Source: Elusimicrobiales bacterium
GTDB taxonomy: Bacteria; Elusimicrobiota; Elusimicrobia; Elusimicrobiales; UBA9959
Reading direction: 5' to 3'
Length of the DNA stretch: 64,000 nucleotides
NCBI GenBank assembly: GCA_036170455.1
Contig: JAVHPG010000237.1
Coordinates: 14,827 to 78,826, forward strand
The notes below the pieces were generated by a model that was given only the letters and a program-made list of their open reading frames with translations, did not search any database and was not told where the DNA came from. A program made the position numbers and the translations under genes. Of the stretch, positions 35,153-45,004 are shown one piece after another. How positions within the stretch are numbered: position 1 is the stretch's first letter; each line of letters opens with the position of its first letter.

Positions 35153-36295
35153 ATGAACAAGCAAGCTCACGCGCCAGCCGACTTGAAAGCCGACCAGATG
35201 TTCATCAACTTCGGGCCCCAGCACCCGAGCACGCACGGCGTGCTCAGGATAGCCCTGACCGTAGAAGGCGAAGTAGTGATCAAGGGCGACCCCGACGTAG
35301 GCTTCCTCCACCGCGGCATGGAAAAACTTTTCGAGGCCAGGACTTATTCCCAGGGCCTCATCCTCACCGACCGGCTCGACTATATTTCGGCCACGCACAA
35401 TAATTTGGGCTACTGCCTGGCCGTGGAGAAGCTGGCCGGGATACAGGCGCCGCTGCGGGCCCAGTACATCCGGGTGCTCGCCGCCGAGCTGAACAGGATA
35501 GCCAGCCACCTCGTTTTCTTCGGGACCTTCGGCGTCGACATGGGCGCTTTCACCCCTTTCCTTTACGCTTTCCGCGAAAGGGAAATGATCATGGACCTTT
35601 TCGAGATGCTTTGCGGCGCGCGCCTGCTGCACTCCTACATGCGGGTAGGCGGCGTGGCCGCGGACCTGCCGGCCGGCTGGACGGAGAAATGCCGGGAATT
35701 CCTGAATTTCTTCAAGCCCATGCTGAAGGATTACGACACCCTGCTTAGCGGTAACCCTATTTTCAGGAGCAGGACGGAGGGCGTGGGTATTATCGGCGCG
35801 GACCGGGCCGTTTCCTGGGGCCTTTCCGGGCCCACCCTCCGGGGCAGCGGCGTAAGCTATGACGTCCGCAAGGCCGAGCCCTACTGCGTCTACGATAAAC
35901 TGAATTTTACTGTTCCCGTCGGCAAGAACGGCGACTGCCTGGACCGCTACTACTGCAGGATGAAGGAAATGGAGCAGTCCGTGGAGATAGCCTTCCAGTG
36001 CCTCGACGCGCTCGCGGGCGCGGAGCTGAACCCCGGCGAATTTATGGCCAAAGGCGTGCCCAAGATGTTCAAAGCGCCCGCCGGCCAGGCCTACGCCCAC
36101 GTGGAAGCTTCGCGCGGCGACCTCGGCTTCTTCGCCGTCTCCGACGGCGGCTTCAACCCTTACCGCATGCACGTGCGCGGCCCCTCTTTCATCAATGTGG
36201 CCATCCTGCAGGAAATACTGGCCGGCTGCAAGATAGCCGACGTGGTCGCCGTACTGGGTTCCCTGGACATAGTCCTCGGCGAAGTCGACAGATAG
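35153..36295 (+). CDS. nuoD: NADH-quinone oxidoreductase subunit D
   Basis: FGPQHPSTHGVLR, HRGMEKL, and the C-terminal DIVLGEVDR. Confidence 0.9.
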   Translation: MNKQAHAPADLKADQMFINFGPQHPSTHGVLRIALTVEGEVVIKGDPDVGFLHRGMEKLFEARTYSQGLILTDRLDYISATHNNLGYCLAVEKLAGIQAPLRAQYIRVLAAELNRIASHLVFFGTFGVDMGAFTPFLYAFREREMIMDLFEMLCGARLLHSYMRVGGVAADLPAGWTEKCREFLNFFKPMLKDYDTLLSGNPIFRSRTEGVGIIGADRAVSWGLSGPTLRGSGVSYDVRKAEPYCVYDKLNFTVPVGKNGDCLDRYYCRMKEMEQSVEIAFQCLDALAGAELNPGEFMAKGVPKMFKAPAGQAYAHVEASRGDLGFFAVSDGGFNPYRMHVRGPSFINVAILQEILAGCKIADVVAVLGSLDIVLGEVDR

Positions 36296-36307
36296 TTTTC
36301 AAAGATC

Positions 36308-37582
36308 ATGACCGAAGAAACGATACCGCCCAAAGTTTTAGAGCCCGTCTTCAACCACGCCAACGGCAGGCTGCTCATGCCGGGAACCCGCTACTGGCCC
36401 ACGGACAGGTGGAAAAGCCCGTGGAGCCTGCCTACCTACAGGCGCGGCGCCGCGGTGCTGGCCGGGCTGATCCTCGGCGGGGCGGGCGCAGCCTGGTTCA
36501 TCGGCGAGATCGGCCCCAGGCTCGCGCCTCTCTACTCCCTGGCCGAACAATTCGCGCTCTCTTACGGCGTGCCGGCTTTCTGGATAGCGGTAGTCTGGAC
36601 TTTCATAAAAGGCGTTTTCGTCCTGCTCGCGCCGGCTATTAACGCCCTTTTCGCGGTCTGGTGGGAGCGGAAGATCTCCGCACATATACAGTCCCGCATG
36701 GGCCCGATGTACGTGGGCTGGTGGCACGGCGCCCTGCAGACCCTGGCGGACGGCATCAAGCTTTTCCTTAAAGAAGACATCGTCCCCGATTGCGCCGACA
36801 AGCTAGTGCACTGGCTGGCCCCCGTGGTCGTCCTGATCCCGGCCATAATCGTTTTCGCTCCTGTCCCCTTCGGCAATGAACTTATTTACGCCAATATCGA
36901 CATCGGCACCGTCTACGTCTTCGCGGTGGGCGGCGTTTCCGTGATGGGGATAATCATGGCCGGCTGGTCCAGCGGCAATAAATTCTCCCTCCTGGGCGGT
37001 CTCCGCTCGGCCGCGCAGCTGGTCTCCTACGAGCTGCCGCGCACCTTCGCCGTCCTCCCCGTGATCATGCTGGCCGGCACGCTGAATATCGCCGAGATCG
37101 CCGGCTTCCAGGCCGGCTACTGGGGCGGCATAGTTCCCCGCTGGTTTATTTTCTACCCGGTAGTGGGCCAGGTCGCTTTCATAGTTTTCCTCATAGCTTC
37201 CGTCGCCGAGACGAACCGCGTCCCCTTCGACATTCCCGAAGCGGAATCCGAGCTCGTGGCCGGCTTCAATACCGAATACTCCGGCATGAAATTTGCGCTT
37301 TTCTTCCTGAGCGAGTTCGCCTATGTCCTGCTTTCCTGCCTGCTGATGTCCTCTTTCTTCTTCGGCGGCGGCGCGGCCCCTCTGCCCTTCCTGGACTTCC
37401 TGCCCAGCTGGGCCTGGTTCCTCTCCAAGACGCTGGTCCTGATGTTCTGCTTCCTCTGGTTCAGGTGGACCTTCCCGCGCTTCCGCGTGGACCGGCTGAT
37501 GGATTTTAACTGGAAATTCCTGCTCCCCGTCAGCCTTATCAATATAGCGGCCGGCGGAATTCTGATCTGGCTTTTATCATGA
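36308..37582 (+). CDS. nuoH: NADH-quinone oxidoreductase subunit H, with an ~90-aa N-terminal extension
   Basis: The WWERKISAHIQSRMGP motif appears only at about residue 118. The rest is typical NuoH/ND1. Confidence 0.85.
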   Translation: MTEETIPPKVLEPVFNHANGRLLMPGTRYWPTDRWKSPWSLPTYRRGAAVLAGLILGGAGAAWFIGEIGPRLAPLYSLAEQFALSYGVPAFWIAVVWTFIKGVFVLLAPAINALFAVWWERKISAHIQSRMGPMYVGWWHGALQTLADGIKLFLKEDIVPDCADKLVHWLAPVVVLIPAIIVFAPVPFGNELIYANIDIGTVYVFAVGGVSVMGIIMAGWSSGNKFSLLGGLRSAAQLVSYELPRTFAVLPVIMLAGTLNIAEIAGFQAGYWGGIVPRWFIFYPVVGQVAFIVFLIASVAETNRVPFDIPEAESELVAGFNTEYSGMKFALFFLSEFAYVLLSCLLMSSFFFGGGAAPLPFLDFLPSWAWFLSKTLVLMFCFLWFRWTFPRFRVDRLMDFNWKFLLPVSLINIAAGGILIWLLS

Positions 37583-38130
37583 AGAATTATATAGCTTTCG
37601 TATTTGACGCTTCCTGGAATACCCTGAAAGGGCTTTGGGTCACGCTCAAAGTTCTGTTCCTGCCGTCCATCACCGTACAGTATCCTACGGAGAAGATCGT
37701 CCCTTTTGCCAGGTTCAGGGGCATGCTGGCTTATGACGCCGTGACCTGCATCGCCTGCGGCATGTGCGTGAGGGCCTGCCCCTCCAAGTGCATCTCTCTC
37801 GCCAAGGCCGCTCCGGCCCCGGTCACGCCTCCCGTGGAAGGCCAGCCCGCGGCCCCCGCGGTAAAATCCGGCCCGAAAATAGAGTGGTATTCTATCGATT
37901 ACGGCCGCTGCAATTTCTGCGGTCTTTGCGAAGAGTCCTGCCCGACCAGGCCAAAAAAAGCCCTCTGGCATTCGCTGGATTATGAGGCTATTTTCAGCAC
38001 GAGGGCGGAAATGGCGCGCCGCTGGAAGCCCGGCGACGATTTCTGGGGAACGGCCCGCAAAACCGCCGAAGGACAACTGGCCCCGATCACCGACCAGATA
38101 CATATTCAGAGCGTACCGGTAAGAAAATGA
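37579..38130 (+). CDS. nuoI: NADH-quinone oxidoreductase subunit I
   Basis: CIACGMCVRACP and CNFCGLCEESCP, separated by an Ala/Pro-rich insertion. ATGA overlap with nuoH. Confidence 0.85.
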   Translation: MKNYIAFVFDASWNTLKGLWVTLKVLFLPSITVQYPTEKIVPFARFRGMLAYDAVTCIACGMCVRACPSKCISLAKAAPAPVTPPVEGQPAAPAVKSGPKIEWYSIDYGRCNFCGLCEESCPTRPKKALWHSLDYEAIFSTRAEMARRWKPGDDFWGTARKTAEGQLAPITDQIHIQSVPVRK

Positions 38131-38618
38131 CAGAAACGATAATATTTTACCTGCTGACCGCGGTCATCCTCCTCTCAGCCCTGGGCGTAGTACTGCTGCC
38201 CGGGCTTATGCACAGCGCGCTGTGCCTCGGCCTTTGCCTCGCCGGGGTGGCCGGCCTCTTCGCCTCTCTGGGCTCCGACTTCGTTTTCGCCGCGCAGATT
38301 CTTGTTTACGTCGGCGGCATCGCGGTGCTGATACTTTTCGTCGTGCTCCTTGCCGGCAGCGCTTCCGACAAGGTGACCCGCCAGGTAAACGGCCAGTGGC
38401 TGCCTTCCCTGCTTATCTGCGCCGCTTTCTTCTGGGCCTTCCTTAAGATAACCGGTTATTTCTCCGGAATTCCCGCGCCGGCCGCCTCGTCCCCCTCGGT
38501 CAGGGCGATCGCGGCCCTGATGCTCGGCGACTACGCCGTCCCTTTCGAACTTATCTCCGTAGTTCTCCTGGCCTCGATGACCGGGGCGGTGCTCTTCGGA
38601 AGGAGAAAGGCGCAATGA
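38127..38618 (+). CDS. nuoJ: NADH-quinone oxidoreductase subunit J
   Basis: ATGA-coupled 163-aa 5-TM protein in the canonical position, with the motif YVGGIAVLILFV. Confidence 0.85.
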   Translation: MTETIIFYLLTAVILLSALGVVLLPGLMHSALCLGLCLAGVAGLFASLGSDFVFAAQILVYVGGIAVLILFVVLLAGSASDKVTRQVNGQWLPSLLICAAFFWAFLKITGYFSGIPAPAASSPSVRAIAALMLGDYAVPFELISVVLLASMTGAVLFGRRKAQ

Positions 38619-38920
38619 CACTTTCCTATTACCTGGCCCTCTCGGGGCTGCTTTTTACCATCGGGCTTTTCGGCGTGCTCACCCGCCGCAACATCATCGG
38701 CATCCTGATGTCGATAGAGCTCATGCTCAACGCCGCGAACATCAACTTCGTCGCTTTTAACCGTTTTCTTTATCCCGCCCAGTACGCGGGCCAGCTGAAC
38801 GTCATTTTCATAATTACCCTGGCCGCCGCCGAAGTCGTGGTGGGCCTGGCGCTTGTGATGGCCATCTACAAGAATATCAAGAGCGTATACGTCGAAGATT
38901 ATAATATCCTTAAGGGATAA
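38615..38920 (+). CDS. nuoK: NADH-quinone oxidoreductase subunit K
   Basis: 101-aa 3-TM protein with SIELMLNAANINFVAF. Confidence 0.9.
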   Translation: MTLSYYLALSGLLFTIGLFGVLTRRNIIGILMSIELMLNAANINFVAFNRFLYPAQYAGQLNVIFIITLAAAEVVVGLALVMAIYKNIKSVYVEDYNILKG

Positions 38921-38965
38921 TCGGGAATCGAGAATCTTGAATAATTGGCTAAAGGTGTTTTTTAA

Positions 38966-40903
38966 ATGCTCGAATACGTTTATATACTTCCGCTGTTAAG
39001 TTTCGCCGTCGCCGGGCTGATCCTCGCTTTCGGGCGCTGGCTCCCGCTGAAGGGCGCCTCCGCCGGCATCCTTGTGGCCGCCTGGGGCTTCTCGCAGGCC
39101 CTGATGCTTTTTATCAAAGCCGTACAGGGGACCATCACGCTCCCCTACGAAGTCTCCATCCCGTGGTTCAATTTTGGCGGGAACGTGGCCACCCTGGGCG
39201 TATATGTGGACGGGCTTACCCTGGCCATGCTCATTGTTGTAACCACCGTCAGCCTCCTTGTCCAGATCTATTCCCTTGGCTATATGCACGGCGACCCGCG
39301 CTTTAAGCGCTTTTACGCTTATCTTTCCCTTTTCACCGCCTCCATGCTTGGCGTAACTATCACCAACAACATGATGGTATTTTTCATGTGCTGGGAGCTG
39401 GTCGGCGTCTGCTCCTACCTCCTGATCGGTTTCTGGTTTGAAAAACAGTCCGCCGCCTACGCAGGCAAGAAAGCTTTTATAACCACCAAGCTCGGCGACC
39501 TGGGCTTCCTGGTCGGGCTGCTTTGCCTCTTCTATGCCACCGGCACTTTTCAGATCTCCAGGATCCTCGAGCTCGCCCATGCCGGCGGCATCCCCGTGGC
39601 GGCGGCCGGAGTAGCGGCCATCCTGCTGTTCCTCGGCGCGGTGGGCAAATCCGCGCAGTTCCCGCTTTTCATCTGGCTGCCCGACGCCATGGAAGGCCCG
39701 TCGCCGGTCTCCGCCCTCATCCACGCGGCCACCATGGTGGCGGCCGGCGTGTACATGGTGGCCCGGCTTTATGCCGTCTACGCGCTTTCCCCGATAGCGA
39801 TGGACACCGTGGCCTGGACCGGCGCCATCACGGCCTTCACGGCGGCCTCGATGGCCCTTACCTGCTTCGACCTTAAGCGCATCCTGGCTTTTTCCACGGT
39901 CTCGCAGCTCGGCTACATGATGATGGCCCTCGGCGTAGGCGGCTTCACCGCCGGCATGTTCCACCTCACCACGCACGCCTATTTCAAGGCCTTGCTGTTC
40001 CTGGCCGCCGGCTCCGTCCTGCACGCCATGCACACCAACGACATGCGCGAGATGGGCGGGCTGCGCCACAAAATGCCCATAACCTACATCACCTTCCTGC
40101 TCGGTATGCTGGCGCTCGACGGCATCCCGCCCTTCGCGGGCTTCTATTCCAAGGACGAGGTGCTGGCCGCCGCGCTGGCCAGGAACCCCTACCTTTTCGC
40201 CATAGGCGCGCTGTCCGCGGCGCTGACCGCTTTTTATATGGCGCGGGCCTTCATCATGACCTTCCACGGCAAGCCGAAGGACGCGCATAAATACGACCAC
40301 GCCCACGAAAACCCCGCCGTAATGACAGGCCCGCTCATCCTGCTGGCCGCCGTCTCCGTAGTTTCCGGCTGGGCGCTTACCCGCGGCGAGATGTTCGAGC
40401 ACCTGGTCAATTTCGAAGGCGCTCTCCCGTTCGCGCTCAACGAGGTCAACCACCACGCGGTGGCGCTTTTCTCCTCGGCAGTGGCCGCGCTCTCCATGGC
40501 CCTGGGCCTCTGGCTGTATAAAGCCAGGCCTGATATCCCCGCCGCGTGCAGGGAAACTTTCTCCCCGGTAGTCGATATGCTGGAGCAGCGCTACTGGCTG
40601 GATATCTTTTTCCTCAAATTAGTCGATATCGGGGACAGCCTGGGCCGGTTCTTCTTCAGCTTCGACTTTAATTTCCTCGACCAGATAGTCATAGACGGCT
40701 GGGCCTGGCTGACGCTTAAGCTCAGCCGGATACAGGGCTGGATCGACGACAACGTGGTGGACGCCGCGCTGAACGCCACCGGCACGATCACCATGTCCGC
40801 CGGGAGGCTGGCCCGCCTGGCGCAGACCGGGCTTATCCAGAACTACCTTCTTTTTGTAGCGATAGCCGTTTCGATATTCGCGGCGATCGCATTTGCCGGC
40901 TAA
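38966..40903 (+). CDS. nuoL: NADH-quinone oxidoreductase subunit L
   Basis: Mrp-antiporter-like with WELVGVCSYLLIGFW and KSAQFPLFIWLPDAMEGPSPVSALIHAATMV. It has the long C-terminal lateral-helix region. Confidence 0.9.
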   Translation: MLEYVYILPLLSFAVAGLILAFGRWLPLKGASAGILVAAWGFSQALMLFIKAVQGTITLPYEVSIPWFNFGGNVATLGVYVDGLTLAMLIVVTTVSLLVQIYSLGYMHGDPRFKRFYAYLSLFTASMLGVTITNNMMVFFMCWELVGVCSYLLIGFWFEKQSAAYAGKKAFITTKLGDLGFLVGLLCLFYATGTFQISRILELAHAGGIPVAAAGVAAILLFLGAVGKSAQFPLFIWLPDAMEGPSPVSALIHAATMVAAGVYMVARLYAVYALSPIAMDTVAWTGAITAFTAASMALTCFDLKRILAFSTVSQLGYMMMALGVGGFTAGMFHLTTHAYFKALLFLAAGSVLHAMHTNDMREMGGLRHKMPITYITFLLGMLALDGIPPFAGFYSKDEVLAAALARNPYLFAIGALSAALTAFYMARAFIMTFHGKPKDAHKYDHAHENPAVMTGPLILLAAVSVVSGWALTRGEMFEHLVNFEGALPFALNEVNHHAVALFSSAVAALSMALGLWLYKARPDIPAACRETFSPVVDMLEQRYWLDIFFLKLVDIGDSLGRFFFSFDFNFLDQIVIDGWAWLTLKLSRIQGWIDDNVVDAALNATGTITMSAGRLARLAQTGLIQNYLLFVAIAVSIFAAIAFAG

Positions 40904-40931
40904 GTTTTAATAACTTCAGGAGAACTTAAAC

Positions 40932-42392
40932 ATGTCACTATTGTCCCTTATCGTCTTCACTCCGCTGATAGGCGCGCTTTTGATACTCGCCATTCCAGGC
41001 ACGAGGACAAAACTGATACAGGGCGTGGCCCTCTTGTCCAGCGCGCTCTGCCTCCTCCTTACCGGCTATCTTTACGCCGCTTTCGATAAAGCGGTAGTAA
41101 CGATGCAGTTCGTGGAAAGGTTCTCCTGGATCCCCGCTTTCAACGTCCATTATTACCTCGGTGTCGACGGGCTTTCCGTGGCCCTGGTCACCCTCACCGG
41201 CCTGCTCACGATGCTGGCCATTATCTATTCCTTTAATATCACGGTCCGCGTGAAGGAGTTCTTCTTCTGGTTCCTCCTGCTCGAGGTCGGCATGCTGGGC
41301 GTGTTCGTGGCGCTGGATTTCTTCCTCTTCTATATTTTCTGGGAACTTACGCTGGTCCCGATGTACTTCCTTATCGGCATCTGGGGCGGTCCTAAAAAAG
41401 AATACGCCGCGATCAAGTTCTTCCTCTTTACGCTGTTCGGCAGCCTGCTGATGCTTCTTGGCATCCTGGCGCTTTATTTTAATTCCGCGCCGCACACTTT
41501 CGACATGCTTGAACTGATAAGCCAGGCCCGCCTGCTGCCGCTTACCGTGCAGATCTGGATCTTCCTGGCCCTCTACGCCGGCTTCGCGGTGAAGATCCCG
41601 GCTTTCCCGTTCCACACCTGGCTGCCGCTCGCTCACGTCGAGGCTCCCACCGGCGTCAGCGTGATCCTTGCCGGCGTCATGCTTAAGATGGGTACCTACG
41701 GCATCATGCGCGTCTCTTTCCCCGCTCTGCCGCAGGCCACCAAGTGGTTCATGCCTTTCCTTATCGTCATCGCCGTCATCAACATCGTCTACGGCGCTTT
41801 CTGCGCAATGGCCCAGAAAGACCTTAAAAAGATGGTCGCTTATTCCTCCGTGAACCACATGGGTTATTGTATGCTGGGTATGACGGCGATGTCCGGCATA
41901 GGCTGGAACGGCGCGGTGCTGCAGATGGTCGCCCACGGCCTTATCACCGGCTCCTTGTTCTTCCTCGTCGGCGTGATCTATGACCGCGCGCATACCCGCG
42001 ATATAGACGCTTTCGGCGGCCTGGCAGCGCGGTTCCCCGTCTACGCGGGCCTGATGATAGTGCAGGTGATGGCCTCGCTGGGCCTGCCGGGCCTGGCCGG
42101 CTTCGTCGGGGAATTCCTCTGCTTCCTGGGCGCTTTCAACTCCTGGCCCTATTATGTCGCGTTCGCTACTATCGGCATCCTGGTGACGGCGGCTTTCTTC
42201 CTGCGCATGATAGAGAAAGTCTTCCTCGGGCCCTTTAACGAAAAATGGGCCGGTCTTAAAGACATGAACTTCCGCGAGCTGGTCGCTATCGTCCCGCTGG
42301 CGGTGCTCACCATCGTCATCGGCGTCTGGCCGAAGTTCTGCCTGGACCTGATAGACCCGACCATCAATTATCTCGTAGGGATGGTCGGATAG
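40932..42392 (+). CDS. nuoM: NADH-quinone oxidoreductase subunit M
   Basis: WELTLVPMYFLIGIWGG and FPFHTWLPLAHVEAPT. Confidence 0.9.
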   Translation: MSLLSLIVFTPLIGALLILAIPGTRTKLIQGVALLSSALCLLLTGYLYAAFDKAVVTMQFVERFSWIPAFNVHYYLGVDGLSVALVTLTGLLTMLAIIYSFNITVRVKEFFFWFLLLEVGMLGVFVALDFFLFYIFWELTLVPMYFLIGIWGGPKKEYAAIKFFLFTLFGSLLMLLGILALYFNSAPHTFDMLELISQARLLPLTVQIWIFLALYAGFAVKIPAFPFHTWLPLAHVEAPTGVSVILAGVMLKMGTYGIMRVSFPALPQATKWFMPFLIVIAVINIVYGAFCAMAQKDLKKMVAYSSVNHMGYCMLGMTAMSGIGWNGAVLQMVAHGLITGSLFFLVGVIYDRAHTRDIDAFGGLAARFPVYAGLMIVQVMASLGLPGLAGFVGEFLCFLGAFNSWPYYVAFATIGILVTAAFFLRMIEKVFLGPFNEKWAGLKDMNFRELVAIVPLAVLTIVIGVWPKFCLDLIDPTINYLVGMVG

Positions 42393-42402
42393 CAGTCCGC
42401 TT

Positions 42403-43830
42403 ATGTCAAACTTAATCCTGTTGAACCCTGAAATAATCCTGGCCTGCGCCGGGCTGCTCATCCTGCTGGCCGGGGCCTTTATCGGCGAGAGCCGCGCGAA
42501 GCTTCTTTTCCACCTCGGGACAATCAGCGCGGCCTCGGTGCTCGGGATGGTCGTGACGCAGGCGGTCATGGCGGCTTACGGGAACGGGACGCTGTGGGCG
42601 CTTGACCCCGCGGCCCAGTTTTTTAAATTTATAATCCTGGCCGCCACCGTTTTCACGCTCCTGCTCTCCGTGAACTATCACGCGATACAGCCCAGGCACG
42701 TCGGGACCTATACCGCGCTGGTCCTCTGGGCCAGCTGCGGGATGATGTTCCTCTCCGGCGCGATGGACCTGATCTACCTGCTCATCTCCCTTGAGCTTAT
42801 CAGCATCTCCTGCTTCATCCTGACCGGCTTCGAGCAGAAGAACCCCAGGTCCGCAGAGGGCGCGATAAAATATTTCCTGATGGGCGGCCTTTCCACCGCC
42901 GTGACCATCTACGGCATCTCGCTCTTCTACGGCGCGACCGGCACTACCAACCTTTTTAATTACGCCTCCTCGGTCGACCTGCACTTCAACGATCCCGCCT
43001 ATGTAATGGGCATGCTTTTCGTGCTCGTGGGTTTCGGGTTCAAGATCTCGATGGTCCCTTTCCATTTCTGGGCGCCGGACGCTTATGAAGGCGCCCCCAC
43101 TCCCGTGACGGCTTACCTTTCCGTGGCCTCCAAACTGGCCGCGCTCGGGGCCATGCTGAGAATTTTCGCTTCCGTTATTCCGCATTACGCCATCAGCTCC
43201 ACTCTTGTTATAGCCGTGCTGGCCGCGCTTACAATGACGGTGGGCAATTTGACCGCTCTTTTCCAGACCAACGTCAAAAGACTGCTGGCTTATTCTTCCA
43301 TCGCGCATGCCGGGTATATGCTTATCGGTCTCGTCGTGGCCGATCCCATAGGCCGCGAAAGCGTTCTCTTCTACGCCCTGGCTTATTTGGTAATGAACAT
43401 CGGCGCTTTCGCCGTCGCCATGGTCGTAGCCGGAAAGACCGGCTCTTACGAGCTTGACGCCTACGACGGCCTGGCCAGGCGCTCGCTCGGCCTTAGCATA
43501 GTGATGGCGATCTTCCTCCTGTCGCTGGCCGGTATTCCTCCGCTGGTGGGCTTTATCGGAAAGTTCTACCTTTTCGCGGGCGCGGTCAATTCGCATACCT
43601 TCCTCTGGCTGGCCGTCCTGGGCGTGGTAAACAGCGTAGTGTCCGTTTACTATTACATGAACATCGCGCGCCGGATGTTCTTCGTGGAAAGCAAGGACGT
43701 TTCGGCGGTGGAAACGGATATATATACCGCCGGCGTGATCTTCATCACCTCGGCGGCCACCCTCCTGATGGGCCTGCTCCCCGAAACTTTCATGCGCATA
43801 GTCAAGGACTGCGTTTCTTTTCACAGCTAA
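42403..43830 (+). CDS. nuoN: NADH-quinone oxidoreductase subunit N
   Basis: LELISISCFILTGF and VPFHFWAPDAYEGAPTPVTAY. Confidence 0.9.
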   Translation: MSNLILLNPEIILACAGLLILLAGAFIGESRAKLLFHLGTISAASVLGMVVTQAVMAAYGNGTLWALDPAAQFFKFIILAATVFTLLLSVNYHAIQPRHVGTYTALVLWASCGMMFLSGAMDLIYLLISLELISISCFILTGFEQKNPRSAEGAIKYFLMGGLSTAVTIYGISLFYGATGTTNLFNYASSVDLHFNDPAYVMGMLFVLVGFGFKISMVPFHFWAPDAYEGAPTPVTAYLSVASKLAALGAMLRIFASVIPHYAISSTLVIAVLAALTMTVGNLTALFQTNVKRLLAYSSIAHAGYMLIGLVVADPIGRESVLFYALAYLVMNIGAFAVAMVVAGKTGSYELDAYDGLARRSLGLSIVMAIFLLSLAGIPPLVGFIGKFYLFAGAVNSHTFLWLAVLGVVNSVVSVYYYMNIARRMFFVESKDVSAVETDIYTAGVIFITSAATLLMGLLPETFMRIVKDCVSFHS

Positions 43831-43882
43831 GCGCGGTTTAAACGCTCCCGAGTCAGGCCGGCCTGCGCGCCGGCCGTCTCCT

Positions 43883-43912
43883 TTGACAGGGCGGCGGGCG
43901 AACAGGTTTAAT
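43883..43912 (+). promoter_or_regulatory. possible promoter: TTGACA, 18-nt spacer, TTTAAT
   Basis: TTGACA at 43883-43888 and TTTAAT at 43907-43912, between nuoN and the cytochrome c gene. Confidence 0.35.
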
Positions 43913-43957
43913 ACTTGGGCGCTCTTGGATAGTTCAGATCAGTAAAAAAGGAAATAT

Positions 43958-44548
43958 ATGATCAAGGGAATTCTTATCGGGATCGGAGCGACAATTCTTG
44001 CCGGCATCGCCGGGGCTTACTTATTCCTGTCTTTGGGCCTTATGCCGGCCAACGCGGACGCGAATCCCTCTTTCATGGAAAAGTGGGCCGCGCGCAAATC
44101 GCTGCACGCCACAATAGCGCGCGAGGCGCAGACCGGAGCCGGCCCGCTGTCCGTTAACGATGAAAGCCTGCTCGCCGGTATCCGCCTTTACGCCGCCAAC
44201 TGTGCTGTCTGCCATGGCGCGGCCGACGGAAAGCCCTCCAATATCGCCCAGGGCCTGTTCCAGCGCCCGCCGCAGCTGGCCAAGCACGGAGTGGATGACG
44301 ACCCCGAAGGGGAGATTCACTGGAAGATAAAGCACGGTATCCGGCTGACCGGCATGCCGGCGTACACTTCCACGATGAGCGACAACGAGATCTGGCAGAC
44401 CACGGTATTCCTGAAGCACATGAACGGGCTTTCGATAAAGGCGGAGGCCGCCTGGAAGGCGCTGCCCAGCGCCGCGACGCCCGCTAGTGCCGCCGCAGCA
44501 CCAGCCCCGGCGGCGAAGCCTGCCGTAGCCGCGAAGCCCGGAAAGTAG
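43958..44548 (+). CDS. membrane-anchored mono-haem c-type cytochrome with an Ala/Pro-rich tail
   Basis: AAGGA RBS and an N-terminal TM helix. Haem motif CAVCHG, distal Met context GMPAY, and the C-terminal AAAAPAPAAKPAVAAKPGK. Confidence 0.8.
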   Translation: MIKGILIGIGATILAGIAGAYLFLSLGLMPANADANPSFMEKWAARKSLHATIAREAQTGAGPLSVNDESLLAGIRLYAANCAVCHGAADGKPSNIAQGLFQRPPQLAKHGVDDDPEGEIHWKIKHGIRLTGMPAYTSTMSDNEIWQTTVFLKHMNGLSIKAEAAWKALPSAATPASAAAAPAPAAKPAVAAKPGK

Positions 44549-44604
44549 CCCGGGCCGCGGGGCCTTGGAGACCTCTTTTCTTTTACAGTGGAGCGGGGCC
44601 AAAA

Positions 44605-45003
44605 ATGATTGATCCTGGCAAGGTCGTTTTCACCGAAGAGAAACCGAAATCGGGCCGCGCTCTGCGCGTTACGCTGCGGACGCTTCATATCATAGGTTTT
44701 TCGATATTCTCCGGCGGCCTCTGGTTCGGCGTTCCACAGGCGGAACTTATGCCCTGGCTGTACGCCAGCGTCCTTACAGGCGCCGGCCTGATGGCCCTGG
44801 AGCTCCTGGTGGGGCTGGATTGGTTCCTGCGGCTTGCCGGAGGGGTGACCCTGCTTAAGCTAGCCCTTCTGCTCCTGGTCCCGGTGTTCCCTGATTACAA
44901 CCGCTTTCTGCTGCTGCCGGCCATTGTCCTGTCCTCCGTCGGCTCGCACATGCCTTCCTGGCTGCGGCATTTCAACTATGTTAAAAGAGTTTCTTCACAT
45001 TAA
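44605..45003 (+). CDS. hypothetical small membrane protein (about 4 TM)
   Basis: Hydrophobic 132-aa ORF filling the gap between the cytochrome c gene and the serpin gene. I recognise no family. Confidence 0.55.
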   Translation: MIDPGKVVFTEEKPKSGRALRVTLRTLHIIGFSIFSGGLWFGVPQAELMPWLYASVLTGAGLMALELLVGLDWFLRLAGGVTLLKLALLLLVPVFPDYNRFLLLPAIVLSSVGSHMPSWLRHFNYVKRVSSH

Positions 45004-45004
45004 T

